Below, piece by piece: positions 13,141 to 26,682 of a stretch of DNA of 64,000 nucleotides. The first letter of the stretch is position 1, and each line of letters begins with the position of its first letter. The notes under the pieces are model-generated. The model saw only the letters and a program-made list of their open reading frames with translations. It was not told the DNA's origin and ran no database searches. The stretch comes from Squalus acanthias (lineage: Eukaryota): assembly GCA_030390025.1 (NCBI GenBank), contig CM059432.1, positions 103,852,001-103,916,000 of the forward strand, read 5' to 3'. The position numbers were made by a program, and so were the translations under genes.

Positions 13141-13327
13141 TGGGGCGTAAAAAAATCTTTATTTGCCACTGGAATAATTAAATAGGACAGCAAAAATTGA
13201 ACCAACAGACTAATAGAAAATAGGCATTTTCTCAACAAACCAAATGTCATAAATATTAAATAAGCAGTTTTAAAATTAAAGCATGTCTAGTGGTATAATG
13301 TTCTGAACAAAATTAATATAACATATA

Positions 13328-14092
13328 GGCCCAGAATTTGCGAATGGAGGCGTACCTCCAGGGTATGCCGCCAACCCACTAAAAGCATACGCACTTACCT
13401 CCCAGGCTGCGGAGACTTCGGGTCCTGGGCCCGCAGGCGTACGGCAGCGTAAAGGCCCACAGATCCCAGGGATGCAGGTGGCTCAGAAGCGTCCCAGGTT
13501 TCACGTGGGCCAGGTCGTCCAATCAGAAAGGAGGATTCCTAATAAGATTCCATTTACGAACTGAATCCCCATGAGCATATTAGGAATCCCCAAATAATTA
13601 AATAATTTAGACAACTGCAATAAAAATAAATGTTCTCATTTTCAAATTTAATTAAAATCCCCTTCAATAAAGCAAATACAATAAAAAAATTATTTTTTGA
13701 AAAATAATGTTAAACATTTTAATCCGGGCCAAAATTTGCATAAACTAATTTTAAGTGTTTGTGCATCATTTTTAATTTTTTAATTTTTAATTTAAGATTT
13801 ATATTAACCCTTACGCTGGTGAAAGCAGGCCCTATGCCTGCTTTTACCAGGCGTAAGGGTTTCGTGGGCATTTGCTGGGCAGCAGTTGGGCAAATAGCCC
13901 AGCTCTGCGCCAGCGAAAGTGATTTTCCAGTCGGTGCAATAGATCTGTGAAGGCGAACCTTGACAGATCGCAAATTCCGGGTTTTCGCGCATGCGCAGCG
14001 CAGCAACAACCCAGAATTTGCGGGGGCTTTCTGAAGGCTTACGACGGCATATGCTGTGTGTACGCTGTTATCGGAACCGCAAATTCCAGGCC
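13328..14092 (-). mobile_element. Harbinger-type MITE (family M), complete
   Basis: TIRs GGCCCAGAATTTGCG / CGCAAATTCCAGGCC (13/15), flanks ATA / ATT, GC-rich arms around an AT-rich core. Confidence 0.8.
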
Positions 14093-14825
14093 ATTATATA
14101 TTTTAGAGAGAATGATCAAACTTACACCTTCTGATAAAAATTGAAGAGATTGATCCATTTGGCTAAATGGTTTACATACTAAAAAAAAAGCTAACTGATA
14201 ACTTTTCTTCTTCACCAACATTTCACTGCAGTAGGATTTATTGGTACTAAAGAGCTCTTCTTTACGTGCTATGTCGAAATGCAGTACTTTTTATGAAGAT
14301 GTCACCTCTTTATTGAATGATGGTACAGCCCTTGCAGAATTTCACTCCAGTAAGTGAACCCTTTCTCTACTGTACTTGCTGTGTGTTCTCTATCAGGTAC
14401 ACAGTAACATATATATGAATGAAAATAATTCAACTGCCCCAATCACTCAACAAGCAATGCAAAATTTCAAATTCAAAGTTTCACTTGTCAACTAGGTGTA
14501 CTCAGGTTTTATGGGTAAGACTCAAACTGTGGGTGTAGCTTCACCTGAAAATATAGAACTTAGATGCCAAAAGTTTAGACTAGAATTCAAGTACTTAAAT
14601 GAAACTTTGCATACCAGGAGTGCAGCTTCATTATTCACCTCAAATCACCCTTCGGAAAATCAGTCATCCCATGCATCAGTGTCATACGATATACCTATTA
14701 CTCTATTGTATCAATTTGCATTAATGAGAATAAAAGTATATTAACAAGTGGTTTGTGAATGATCTCAGTGTGTTTACTGACTTGTTAGATCTCACTACAG
14801 TGTCCTTCTTGGATTCTTTCAATTG

Positions 14826-15165
14826 GCTTCAGTGTTGTGGGGCTTTTCGGCAGCACCTCCCAAACCCGTGACCTCTTCCCCCTAGAAGGACAAGGGCAGC
14901 AGGCGCATGGGAACACCACCACCTCCAAGTTCCCCTCCAAGTCACACACCATCCTGACTTGGAAGTATATCGCCATTCCTTCATCGTCGCTGGGTCAAAA
15001 TCCTGGAACTTCCTCCCTGACAGCACTGTGGGAGTACATTCACCACACGGACTGCAGCGGTTCAAGAAGGCGGCTCACCACCACCTTCTCAAGGGCAATT
15101 AGGGATGGGCAATAAATACTGGCCTTGCCAGCAACGCCCACATCCCATGAACGAATATAAAAAAA
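14826..15165 (+). mobile_element. CR1/L2-group LINE 3' end with A-rich tail
   Basis: Highly similar to the 3' end of 23322-24425; encodes SWNFLP-like C-terminal ORF2 sequence; AATAAA and A tail. Confidence 0.75.
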
Positions 15166-15721
15166 GTAGTGGTTGTAATTATATTGGAGAGCCATGTGGT
15201 GTGAGGCTCAGTTATTGATAGCTGATCAGGAATGAGAAACCAGTTTTGCACTTATCCTAGTTCAGTCTGTTAATACATATAATTTTTAGCACTTTGACCC
15301 ATTACTTGCTGCACATTAGCTGTCTTTTCACTTCATTTTTGTCCAAAACTTTTCTTTAATTTTAATACTGGCAGCCCCTTAAGACAGGTCACTAATCCTA
15401 CTTATAATTACACACATAATTTCAGCAGATTAATTCAAAGCTGTACAACTAATTGTGACAAAAATTGTGTATTTTTTTACCATAGTCTGTGGACCCTCTC
15501 TTTGTACTAAGCACGTAGCTTAAAAGCAGGTTGTTTTAAGAAAGATACCAGTCTCAAAAAGGCTATTGCCACTGTATGCTGGGAAATTGGCTATATTCTT
15601 CTGAGCCTGCATGAATGTAGCAGAAAGAAGCAATGGCCCAAGTGCTAGAAACAATGAACATGTATCACCAGGCAATAACCAGTCAGAAGGGTAAAACTTG
15701 CAAGGTCACATGCCACCAACA

Positions 15722-16792
15722 GGGCATTTCAACCTCCGTCGCCTCCAGTCCAGATCCAAGGTCGTCACATCCTCTGTCGTCGAATTGCAGTATGCAGACG
15801 ACGCTTGCGTCTGCGCTCACTCTGAGGTCGAACTCCAAACCATCGTCAACACCTTCAACGAAGCGTACGAGAGCATGGGCCTTACACTAAACATCCGTAA
15901 GACAAAGGTCCTCTACCAACCTGTCCCCGCCACACAAGACTGCCCCCCGATTATCAAAATCCACGACAAGGCCTTGGACAACGTGGACCACTTTCCATAC
16001 TTCGGGAGCCTACTATCAACAAGGGCAGACGTCGATGACAAAGTCCAACACCGCCTTCAGTGTGCCAGTGCAGCCTTCAGTCGCCTGAGGAAGAGAGTGT
16101 TTGAAGACCAGGACCTCAAACCCGGCACTAAGCTCATGGTCTACAGAGCAGCAGTGATACCCGCCCTGCTGTATGTCTCAGAGACATGGACCATGTACAG
16201 CAGCCACCTCAAAGCACTGGAGAGGTACCACCAACGCTGCCTCCGCAAGATCCTGCAAATCCATTGGCAGGATAGGCGCACCAACGTTAGTGTTCTCGCT
16301 TAGGCCAACATCCCCAGCATCGAAGCTTTGACCACGCTCGATCAGCTCCAATGGATGGGTCATATTGTCCGCATGCCCGATACGAGACTCCCAAAACAAA
16401 CGCTCTACTCGGAGCTCCGGCACGGCAAGATAGCCCCAGGTTGTCAGAGGAAACGCTTCAAGGACACCCTCAAAGCCTCCTTGAAAAAGTGTAACATCCC
16501 CACCGACACCTGGGAATCCCTGGCCCAAGACCGCACAAAGTGGAGGAGAAGCATTCGGGAAGGCGCCGAACACCTCAAGTCTCTTCGCCGGGAGCAAGCG
16601 GAAGCCAAGCGCAGGCAGTGCAAGGAGCGCACGTCAACCCAAGCACCCCACCCACCCGCCCCTTCAACCACCGTCTGCCCCACCTGTGACAGAGACTGTA
16701 GGTCCCGCATTGGACTCATCAGTCACCTGCAAACTCATTTTTAATGTGGAAGCAAGTCGTCCTCGGTTCCGAGGGACTGCCTAAGAAGAAGA
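15722..16792 (+). mobile_element. RTE-clade LINE, 5'-truncated
   Basis: FNLRRLQ..ELQYADD..LNIRKTKV..FPYFGS..ETWT; one stop at 16301; C-terminal C2H2 CPTCDRDCRSRIGLISHLQTH; (AAG)n tail. Confidence 0.92.
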
Positions 16793-17777
16793 TTGCATGC
16801 AGCAGAACATATCAAAAAATTGCAGGCAGGACCTTGCAAAGTTTACCCCATAACCTAATCAGGAGAACCTTGATGTAGGCAGCCCTCATCGACACCCAGG
16901 TGATCATCAGAATGCTTTTGAGTATGTATTATGAAGCTGGTTGTTCATTGTACAAATAAATCCTTGGTTTTTCACATTATCAAAGGCAAGACTATATATC
17001 AAAGGGGTTTAGGAGAATAACGATTAGACACTTCTGATATACCAGTTCATTTTCAATTTTGAGCTGACCACTACAGACATGGAAGGAAGATACAAACTCC
17101 GTAAGGAGGAACACCTGCATAAATTTTCTGAGTAAGACTGCAACAAGTAAGTATTAGGTTCCTACTAAGCTAGCAAGAAATGTTCTATTTACTGTTACTT
17201 AAAAGATTCACAGGGAAAACCACACAAAGGGACGCAATGAATTGGTTAGTCTATTTAATCCTTTCATGAACTTGTTCAAAGCTACTGTGTTATTTAAGAT
17301 GTCTTTGAACAGGGTCTGTAACTGTTGCTACTACCCACAAATAAACCTATGCAGTAGTTCAGTCTGATATGAAAGTGGCTGGCATACCTGATTTTAATTG
17401 TCCTCTGAAGTGATGTAGAGGAAATCCCACAGATAAATACAGATCTATTTTACCCAGGGCACATTATCCCAGATTACTTAGTGTACTAGGTTATGTTTCA
17501 GTTGAGGATTGAGAATGTGGGCCTATGGACCTGATGTCTTGATATATTGAGCATAAAAAAACTATTTGATGAGACCTCATATTGTAACACTAAGTTTACT
17601 TAAGTTGGTACATTGTTCTACAATGGTAAAACTTAAGTTCATAAATTTGTTGTACAGTGACTATCCAGTTTATTTTTACAGTTTTAAATACAAATATTGT
17701 GTTTAAAGTTTGACAGTGTTGTTTCCTAATAGTTACGTATCAAAGTCTGCTTTTTAAGTTGCACATGTTTGTTTTTA

Positions 17778-18530
17778 ATTGTTGTCGGGTGAGTACGCGC
17801 TGTGTACTCACCCGTGGACGGAACGAAAGTGCCGGTTTCTTGCATGCACTGTGCATGCGCGGAAAACCGGCACTTCCATTCCCCTGAGGAAAGGGGTTCA
17901 GAGGTCGAACGTGCACGCCGGAGGGCCAGCGTGTTCGCCTCGTACTTCGGATTTTTTTACAGGTTCCTCCATGAAGGTAAGCATGGAGAAGATACACTTT
18001 TAAAAAGGATGCGCAAGGCCTTCTTTTAACAAGGTAAGTGTTGATTTTATTAAAATTTAAACATTTTTTTCACAGATTTATCTTTTTTAATTACTTTAAA
18101 GAAAGGTAAGTTTAGTTTTAGCCCCATTAAAAAATGTAATTAATTTTTTCAAAAATTTAAATTTTTGTTTAAAATAGTTAATTAATGTAATTTATAGTTA
18201 TTTTAAAAATGTGATGGTTTTTAAAAAAAATTATTTGTAGTTTTAGGGATGTTTTGGGGCCGATCTGTATTCATAGATTTGACAGGTCTTCCTGTCAAAT
18301 CTATTAATGAAAGATGGTCTGCTGCCATTGGCTCTCCATGGCCCACGTGATCCCAGGGGACACATTGCACTAACTACGCCCCTGGGATACACAAGCACTG
18401 CGCGCCGGCAGCTGCAGGAGGCCCAGGAGCCGAAGTCCCCGTGGGCCCATAGGTCAACGGCAGGCGCGGTAGGTAGGTGCGCGCGCGATCCTTGCACCCG
18501 CGGGAAGCCAGTGAGCCGAATTTCAGGCCC
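17778..18530 (+). mobile_element. Harbinger-type MITE (family M), left TIR lost
   Basis: Collinear with 11105-11380 including the CCGGTTT..AAACCGG hairpin; ends GAATTTCAGGCCC. Confidence 0.75.
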
Positions 18531-19463
18531 AGTGTTTTTTAAACTTCTTTCAAAGTGGGCCATTTAAAAGTGGCGCAAGCTTGTTTTTAAAGTGTTGCAT
18601 CTAGGTTTTTGTTAAACAGAGCCTACTAGCTTGTGTTAAAACCCATGGTTGCTTCAAAGATGTGCACAGATTTTCATTCTAAAAGTAGTGCAACAAATTC
18701 TGTTTTTGAAGTTGTTTAATGATTGAGATTTCTATTTGTGTAATAAGTGGTGCAGTAAACTATGTTTGTAAAACTAAAGTTCTTTTACCTCTGGCCCAGG
18801 TTTGAATGAAAGTCTCTGCTCTATGCTGCTTGTAAGGATTCCAAAGAGAAATTAATTTGGACAGTTTCAATCCAGTTTCTCATAGGTGTATGTCCATAGG
18901 ACAAATCTACCCCAAATTTGGCATTCATTGACAATCTAACACAGATTTTCTGATGGGCACAAAAGGCACTTAAAATGACCACACCTTCAAATCATCTTAA
19001 TGTACTTTTAAAGCTTGCCATGAATGCCCATGCTGCTGCTGGGTGTTTTTACACCCCTGGCCTTCACTTGGAAATGCCCTTTCACTCACATTCTTGCATA
19101 CATTCAGTCCAAAATAATCTTAACGTCGAAGTAATCCATTGGTAGTAAAACGGTTTGGGGCATCCTGAAGATGTGATAACATATCATGTGCATATCATTA
19201 CACCCACTATGGCTGCGTGCTGACACTTGGAAATCACAGCATGTCATCCCAACAATTGGAGCTTCTCACTTCACAAAATGATTACAGATGAGGAAAACTG
19301 TTAAGTCGGTATTAGTTTATCCATTCAGAAAAATCCTACAGTCCCCCATTGCAGTATCTAATTGTTTCTTAAATGCAGCCAGAGTTTTTGCCACCATCAC
19401 TCTATCTGAAAGTCTGCATGAAGAAGAATTTCCTGATATCAGTCCCAGATTTATATTTCACTA

Positions 19464-20232
19464 GTGTCAGTTGTGGCTCAGTGGGTAACACTCTCACCTC
19501 TCTGAGTCAGAAGGTTGTGGGTTCAAGTCCCAACCCAGAGTCTTGAGCACAAAAATCTAAGCTGACACTCCAGTGCAGTACTGAAGGAGTGCTGCATTGT
19601 TGGTGATGCTGTCTTTCAGATGAGATGTTAAGCCAAAGCCCCATCTGCCCTCTGAGGTGGACATAAAAGATTCCTGACACTATTTTGAAGAAGAGCAGGG
19701 GAGTTATCCCCGGTGTCCTGGATAATATTTATCCCTCAATCAACATAACAAAAAAACAGATTATCTGGTCATTATCACATTGCTGTTTGTGGGAGATTGG
19801 CTGCTATGTTTCCTACATTACAACAGTGACTACACTTCAAAAAGTACTTCATTGGCTGTAAAGCGCTTTGGGATGTCCAGTGGTCATGAGAAGCATAGAA
19901 GATAGGAGCAGGAGTAGGCCATTCGGCCCCTCGAGCCTGCTCCGCCATTTAATGAGATCATGGCTGATCATCCAAATTCAGTACCCTGTCCCTGCTTTCT
20001 CCCCATATCCCTTGATCCCTTTAGCCTTAAGAAATATATCTAACTCCTTCTTGAATATATTTAATGAATTGGCCTCAACTGCCTTCTGTGGTAGAGAATT
20101 CCACAGGTTCACCACTCTCTGGGTGAAGAAATTCCTCCGCATCTCAGTCCTAAATGGCTTACCCCTTATCCTTAGACTGTGACCTCTATATAAATGCACT
20201 ATATAAAGGCACTATATAAATGGAAATCTTTT
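19464..20232 (+). mobile_element. SacSINE1-like SINE with a CR1 fragment inserted in its tail
   Basis: Collinear with 4705-5174 up to ~19890; the tail motif CTATATAAATGC resumes at 20186 as three ~13-bp copies. Confidence 0.85.
19894..20184 (-). mobile_element. Young CR1 3' fragment
   Basis: RRNFFTQRVVNLWNSLP; nearly identical to the 3' end of the CR1 at 35.5-35.8 kb. Confidence 0.9.
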
Positions 20233-20764
20233 GAGTTTTCAGCTTTGTCCTCTTTTCCTATTCCCACAATTTAATTTAAAGTAATATTCTGGATTTACCT
20301 TTTCCATACCATTTACTATTTTATATACTATTGTATTTATATTTTATATAAGATCACCTTTCAGGTGCTTCCGTTCCAGGCTAAAAAGCCCCAAGTCTCT
20401 CCAAACTTTCCTCATATTCCTGACACTAGGGATTTTCCTTGTGGCTTTTCTCTGCACTGCCTCCAGCGTTTGAATGTCTCCCTTGTGTCTCAGTGACCAG
20501 AAATGAACACAGTCCTGAGGTGTGGTCTCTTTTTGGCTGTAGTTCAACATTCTATTGGCTCTGTTGATTGCTGCTCTGCATTAGTTGGACATATTTAGCA
20601 TTGCATCTACTAAGATTCCAAGGACTCTTTCCACTTCATACTTAGCTATTTCAACATCATTCATGCAGTAGTGTGTTGCTTATTTTTCATGTGTATTTTA
20701 TGCACATCACTTTGTACTTGTCTGCATTAAATTTCATCTGCCATTTATCTGCCCACATTCTTAC

Positions 20765-22040
20765 GGGGGTGAATTTGATCTTGAGAGGTGGGCTAAACAG
20801 GCGATAGTGAATCGGCAGCCCGTTTTACATCCTGCCCGATTTTATTTTTCATTGAAGCTGATGGGATCTAGAGAATGAGCTAGAGTGGAGTGCACTGGGT
20901 AAGACACACACAGCACAAATCAACAGGAAGAGGTAGTGGTAATGGCAGAGGAGAAGGAGAAACTCACTGTCTGAAGGACCAGCTTATGCCTGGAGATCTG
21001 GGCCTCATGGAATGTGTTTTTAAAAGAAGGATGCTTTCTGAGCATCAAGCATTGATTCAGGCATTGGGGAGTGTGCCAAGTAGCATGCTGCAGATGATAA
21101 CTCGGGTGGAAGAGTCCGTGTGCACAGCCTTGCATGATGGCTTCATAACATTGGACTGAGTGTTAACTCCATGGATATCTATAATGGAGCCCCTATGCCA
21201 AAGGCCCAAAGAATAGTTTGTGTGTTCTGCATCGATGCTCAGATTATTGCCTTAAAAACGTGGGATTTCAGAAAAGAAGAGGTTATCTTGCCTGCTTTTG
21301 ACAGACTTGGGTATCAATTAGAGAGAACCATGAAGCAATACTCAGTAGTGAGAACATGGCAGGAATGGGTAAAGATAATGATGCTGTCTCTCAGGACCAT
21401 TCCCACCAACCCCCTCTGTGCGTGCACATGCGCCAGAAAGCATGCAGGCCCAGGCTGCCCACATAGTAGAAAAAATGCCAGGTCTATCTCAGGAACTCAG
21501 CTGTCAAGAGGCAGAGGGCCATCTCAATCGGAAGACACTTGTGGACACACAACATAATCCAACCACAGAGTAGCGCCGGGTAGCATCATGGAAGGAAACA
21601 CTAGGCCCACTCGCACACACTTCATGGTTTGGGATTAAAAATCTGGTTACATGAAACTGTGTGCAGAGTGCTCTTGCAAAGGATGCAAGCATGTTTCAGC
21701 AGGTGAATGAATGTGGTAATTGTGAGTGGCCCAGAAGATTAAGGTACTTGTAGGAGAAGCATATTTGTGGAGGGCATGGAACGATATATGGAACTGCTGA
21801 GGCAATCGGCACATTTGCAAGTTGAGAGGTTCCTGAATACCTCTCACAGTTGGCATCGAGTTCTGCTCTGCAGCCTCTTCATGCTCCTCCTACACCTTTT
21901 TGTGGTTTCCTTGATGTTCCTGGCATTGTTGCGTAAGTCTTCCTCTTCTTCCAGAGATGTCAGTTAGGAGAATTCCCCCTGGAAAATCCATTGGTGCCAG
22001 TGATGGTGCTGGGGAAGAAATGGCTCATAAGTGCCAAGAA
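20765..22040. mobile_element. Old degenerate Harbinger remnant
   Basis: Starts with TIR-like GGGGGTGAATTTG. ORF 20890-21159 (MLSEHQALIQALGSVPSSMLQMITRVEES) parallels the Myb-gene C-terminal segment MHNEMLGALAGLTKSLSAMSRNMEES at 57.1 kb. Confidence 0.45.
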
Positions 22041-22149
22041 GAAAAAAAATCAAAAATAAATTTAGAAAAATGGTCTAAGAAATGCCGATAATACATTTAC
22101 CTTTATATTGCTATGTCCTTTTCATGGTCTCATGATTGCTTACTGCTGT

Positions 22150-22780
22150 CTAGAAAACCTTGGATGGACATTTAAAATTGAAGTTCTAATATTTATCCAG
22201 TTTGCCCTTAAAAGATGCAATAGCTTCAACTATTCCCTGTGGCAAAGCATTCCATGCTCCAGTAATCCTGTGTGTGAAGAAATATCTCCTAAACTCTATC
22301 CTCACTTTTATTGCGATCATTTCAAATTGATGACCTTTCGGCATTAACTCCACAACTAAAGGAAGAAGTCTTTTCCAATTCACTCTATCACAATTTTAAA
22401 AACCTTTAAAATCTCCGTTTAGCCTTCTCTGCTCCAGTGGAAATGGTTCCAGAAGCTCATGTGTCCCTTCATTACTATACTTTCCCAACCCTGGCATCTA
22501 TGTTTTATGTGCTCCATAGTTTTAATGTCCTTTCTATAACAGGAAACCCAGAACTGTACACAGGATTCTAACTGTGGCCTAATAAACGTCTTGTATAAAT
22601 TCAACATTAGTTCTTTACACTTGTCTTCACTATGCCCCTATTTTTAAAACCAAAAATTCTATGGGCCTTTTTTATTGTTTTATCTACCTGCACTCACACT
22701 TTCAGGGAATTAAATATTTGAACCCCTAGGTCTCTCTGTTCATCCAACCTTGCAGTGTCTTCCCATTAAGTGTGTACATC
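22150..22780 (-). mobile_element. Old CR1 3' fragment
   Basis: LYKTFIRPQLESCVQFW and FFTHRITGAWNALP remnants. Confidence 0.75.
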
Positions 22781-23321
22781 AATCTAAGGCTGATTTTGAA
22801 CCTTAGCATAAAATACAACACAATCAGCAAGGGCAAATAAGCAAGCTCAGAAAGAAAATGGGGAGATGATATGATTGCCAAATTAGGCGCCGATACTGAC
22901 CCAGTAAGGATGTGAGGAACACATTGATAATCTGTAGAACGCAATATTAATGACCTGCAGATGAAAATATGGGAATTTGAAATGTATCTACCAAAAACTT
23001 GAGTGCGCAAAAAGGAGGGGCACCTTAACTATACTGGAACATGTCACTCCCATATTTAGTCAGAGAAAGGTACACCATAAAACTTGCAACTTGGAGTATA
23101 AGCCATTTCAGGAAATTTCACAACAAATATGTGAAGTCCACCACCCGAGCTGGAATCTAAATAGATTAGCATCCACTGTCATCAGAGATAAGTGAATAAC
23201 TATGATGGAATGACATCTTTGGATGACTAAGGTCTATTGTAGGGTAGAAATGGCATGGTAAAGTTCACATAAAAATGCTTAATATGCTTCTACCCATTTA
23301 TTTTAAATAGGATTACAATTG

Positions 23322-24425
23322 CTTTATCAATGACCTTCCCTCAATCATGAGGTCAGAAGTGGAGATGTTTGCTGATGATGGTGGCTTTCAAAAGGGAATT
23401 GGATAAGTACCTGAAGGAAAAAGATTTCCAGGGCTACGGGGCAAGGGCGGGGGAGTGGAACTAGCTGAAGTGTTCTTGCAGAGAGCTGGTACCGGCTCGA
23501 CGGGATGAATGGCCTCCTTCTGTCTGTAACCATTCTATGATTCGATGGTTGCAGTATTCAGTTCCATTCACAACTCTTCAGATAATGAAGCAGTCCGTTC
23601 CTGCATGCAGCAAGACCTGGACAACATTCAGGCTTGGGTTGATAAGTGGCAAGTAACATTCACTCCACACAAGTGCCAGGCAATGGCAATCTCCAAAAAG
23701 AGAGAATCTAACCACCTCCCTTTGACATTCAATGCCATTACCATCATCGAATCCCCACCATCAACATCCTGGGAGTCACCATTGCCCAGAAACTTAACTG
23801 GACCAGCCACATAAATACTGTGGCTACAAGAGCAGGTCAGAGGATGGGTGAGTGTCTCACCTCCTATTTCCCCAAAGCCTTTCCACCACCTATAAGGCAC
23901 AAGTTAGGAGTGCGATGGAATACTCTCCACTTGCCTGGATGAGTGCAGCTCCAACAACACTCAAGAAGCTCAACACCATACAGAACAAAGCAGCCCACTG
24001 GATTGGTACCCCATCCACCACCTTAAACATTCACTCCCTCCACCACCGGCGTACCATAGCTGCAGTGTGTACCATCTACAAGATGCACTTCAGCAACTCA
24101 CCATGGCTTCTTCAACAGCACCTCCCAAACCCACGACCTCTACCACCTAGAAGGTCAAGGGCATGGGAACACCACCACCTCCAAGTTACCCTCCAAGTCA
24201 CACACCATCATTCTGACTTGGAAATATACCGCCGTTCCTTCATCGTCGCTGGGTCAAAATCCTGGAACTCCCTCCCTAACAGCACTGTGGGAGTACCTAC
24301 ACCACACGGACTGTAGCGGTTCAAGAAGGTGGCTCCACACCACCTTCTCAATGGCAATTAAGGATGGGCTTTTAATGCTGGCCTTGCCAGCGATGGCCAC
24401 AACCCATGAATGAATTAAAAAAAAG
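23322..24425 (+). mobile_element. CR1/L2-group LINE 3' part (same family as 14.8 kb), interrupted just after the FADD codons
   Basis: FINDLP..MFADD, then QQDLDNIQAW..YKAQVRSAMEYSP..WNSLP, and an A-rich tail. Confidence 0.85.
23380..23545 (+). mobile_element. Short CR1 3' end nested in a LINE
   Basis: FKRELDKYL..GYG coding end, a CR1 3' UTR and an ATTCTATGATTC tail. Confidence 0.8.
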
Positions 24426-25239
24426 CAAACATGAATGTAGTACGAGCTCATTAAGCATTCATGTATGAACATCACCACTCAGCATTTCTAACCCCCAGTG
24501 CGTGAAAAGGATTATATCGAGTTACCAACTGACCACAAGATATATTCTACAGGATCGGGGCTCATTTGAAATACGTTCATAGTTTTATAGGTTATCTCAA
24601 ACTGTATTAGGACAGTGAGGTACTAAGCTGTTTTCTCTTGGTGATGGAAATTTATGGAGGATCCAAGAGGGAATCAGTGGGTTTAGATTGAAGAGGTCTA
24701 TTATTCTGGAATTGAGGAAGATCATGATTCATTCTGTAACATCAATGACTTACAGAAGAAGGTTCAGCCTCTGACAATTTTACTTTAAATCTGAGATTCA
24801 GCCAGAGGTGGTCTTTCTCTATAGAATTATCAACCAAACTAAAAATATGCCTGCTGATGTTTATAATTATATTAGCTAATGTTATTTATATTTAAATGTA
24901 AATTTAAAATTTCTTATCTATATGAAAATGTGTTGCTATATTTAAATGAAGATACCTGGGCTTCTGGTACAAGCAAAATATATGCCAAAAAAAGTAGAGT
25001 GTTATGTCAAGTAAATCAGTCATGATGCAGCTGATGTAATTTACTTGCCTCTGTGGTTTCATGAGTTATGCATCTTCATATTACTTCATTGCTTATTTCC
25101 CACAATCCACCACTTTCTGGCGATATTCTTCCTGCCTAAATAGAAAAGCAGACACCAAACAAACAGACGAGACATATTACACTTCATTTTCCATTGTTTT
25201 AATTGACACCTTACAATTCCTTAGAGATCTTGCCCCCGA

Positions 25240-25480
25240 CAAACCGTGAACATTCTGAGTTACTCCCTCTGTAAGTTCAGCAGGAGTCTGTCGAAACAGC
25301 TGGAAACTAGGCCAGGACCTGGATACACTGGGTCATTCTCTTTTCTGTACTGACTTAGCCACTTTCAGTTGGTGAACCTGTGGGAGTGCTACAATTTGCC
25401 TCAGTATTCCCAGCCTAGGAAGCTAAATACTGGCTAAAGTTCTCTCTTCTATTTGCTATCCAGCAGCTCCATGCAGACTG
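25240..25480 (+). mobile_element. Old SINE family X fragment
   Basis: GTGCTACAATTTGCCTCAG..GCTATCCAG block shared with the other family X copies. Confidence 0.4.
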
Positions 25481-26682
25481 GACACTCGTTATTTGCGTGT
25501 GTGTGTGGATGGGTAGACATCAGATGTGGACATAGTTGGTTTCAGCAGTGATGATTTTCGAAGTTGAATTGTCTTACGATGCTTATTTTCTAGGCTCAAG
25601 GATAAGGAATAGTCACTGGAGGTCTGTTGCCTCTTAGGAAATGGTACGGAGGGGGATAAAGGAGAATATTGGAAGAAAAAGAAGGTTAAGGAATGCAGTC
25701 TCAAAGATTCCAATGGCTTGTATTATTTAAATCTTTTGGGATAATCTTAGAAAGAGACACTCACAACAAAAATACTGAAAAAAAATCTTTAAAAGATATT
25801 AGCATGGAAGTTTCTCTTGGTGATGTTATATGAATGTGAAATGTACTTGCAAAAAATTCCTCTCCATTATTTTACTAAAGTTGTTAATCTAGTTAAATGA
25901 AGTGGGTCATATATTTTAAATGGTTTAACACCTTTGTTAATATGAAGAGAAGAATATGATAAAAATTTATTAAGTGTTCATTCAATAACATTGTTGACAA
26001 TAAGTTCTCTCTCCCCAATATATGTATGTTTCAGTGCATTCTAACTGCTCTGAAAGGAGTATGTTCTGTTTCATATTATAACTGAAGCTGCTTAGTATGA
26101 GCATTGACTGAAATTTCTGATGTGAATAGAAATTGAAAATCCAAAAATAATTTCAATTGACACTTTTTTTCGTTAACCAAATCCCTTTTGCGCAATAGCA
26201 CTAATTCATCCTTTTGCCCTATTGGTAACTCCTCTCATGAAGCAATTGTCTGCATGGATGCAAATAAACCTGCAACCCAGTGGGCGTTTGTTCTAGCATC
26301 GTCTTGCTTGATAAGAATGAAGATTAAGCAATGCTGTGTGAGCTTGCATGGGTGTGAGTGTGATTGTAGTTGCTGTCCTTTGAAGCATCCTCCCCCTACT
26401 GTGGAAATAACAACATATCAATGATGAAGTGCCATATCCTCAGGCAGGGCAAGCAGTGGCACGGATAAATCTTTGTTTTTTCACCAGATAGAGGTCCTTT
26501 CGCCCTTTCATGCCGATAAATACACCTTATGTACGTCTCTATTGCAAGCATTAAAGTTTCATTGAATAGGTCATGTTCTATTTCTGACAGGCAATCATTT
26601 GATCATTTATATAGAATGTAGCGAGGGCATAGCACTTGAAGTTATAGTCAAGCTATTTTATAAATTTCACTCCTCTCTTTTA

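Larger units (their letters stand above)
19280..20760 (-). mobile_element. Old CR1 fragment interrupted by a SINE
   Basis: Pieces at 19280-19463 and 20233-20760; CVHFWS..LEAVQRKATR..LGLFSLE..GDLI remnant. Confidence 0.65.
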
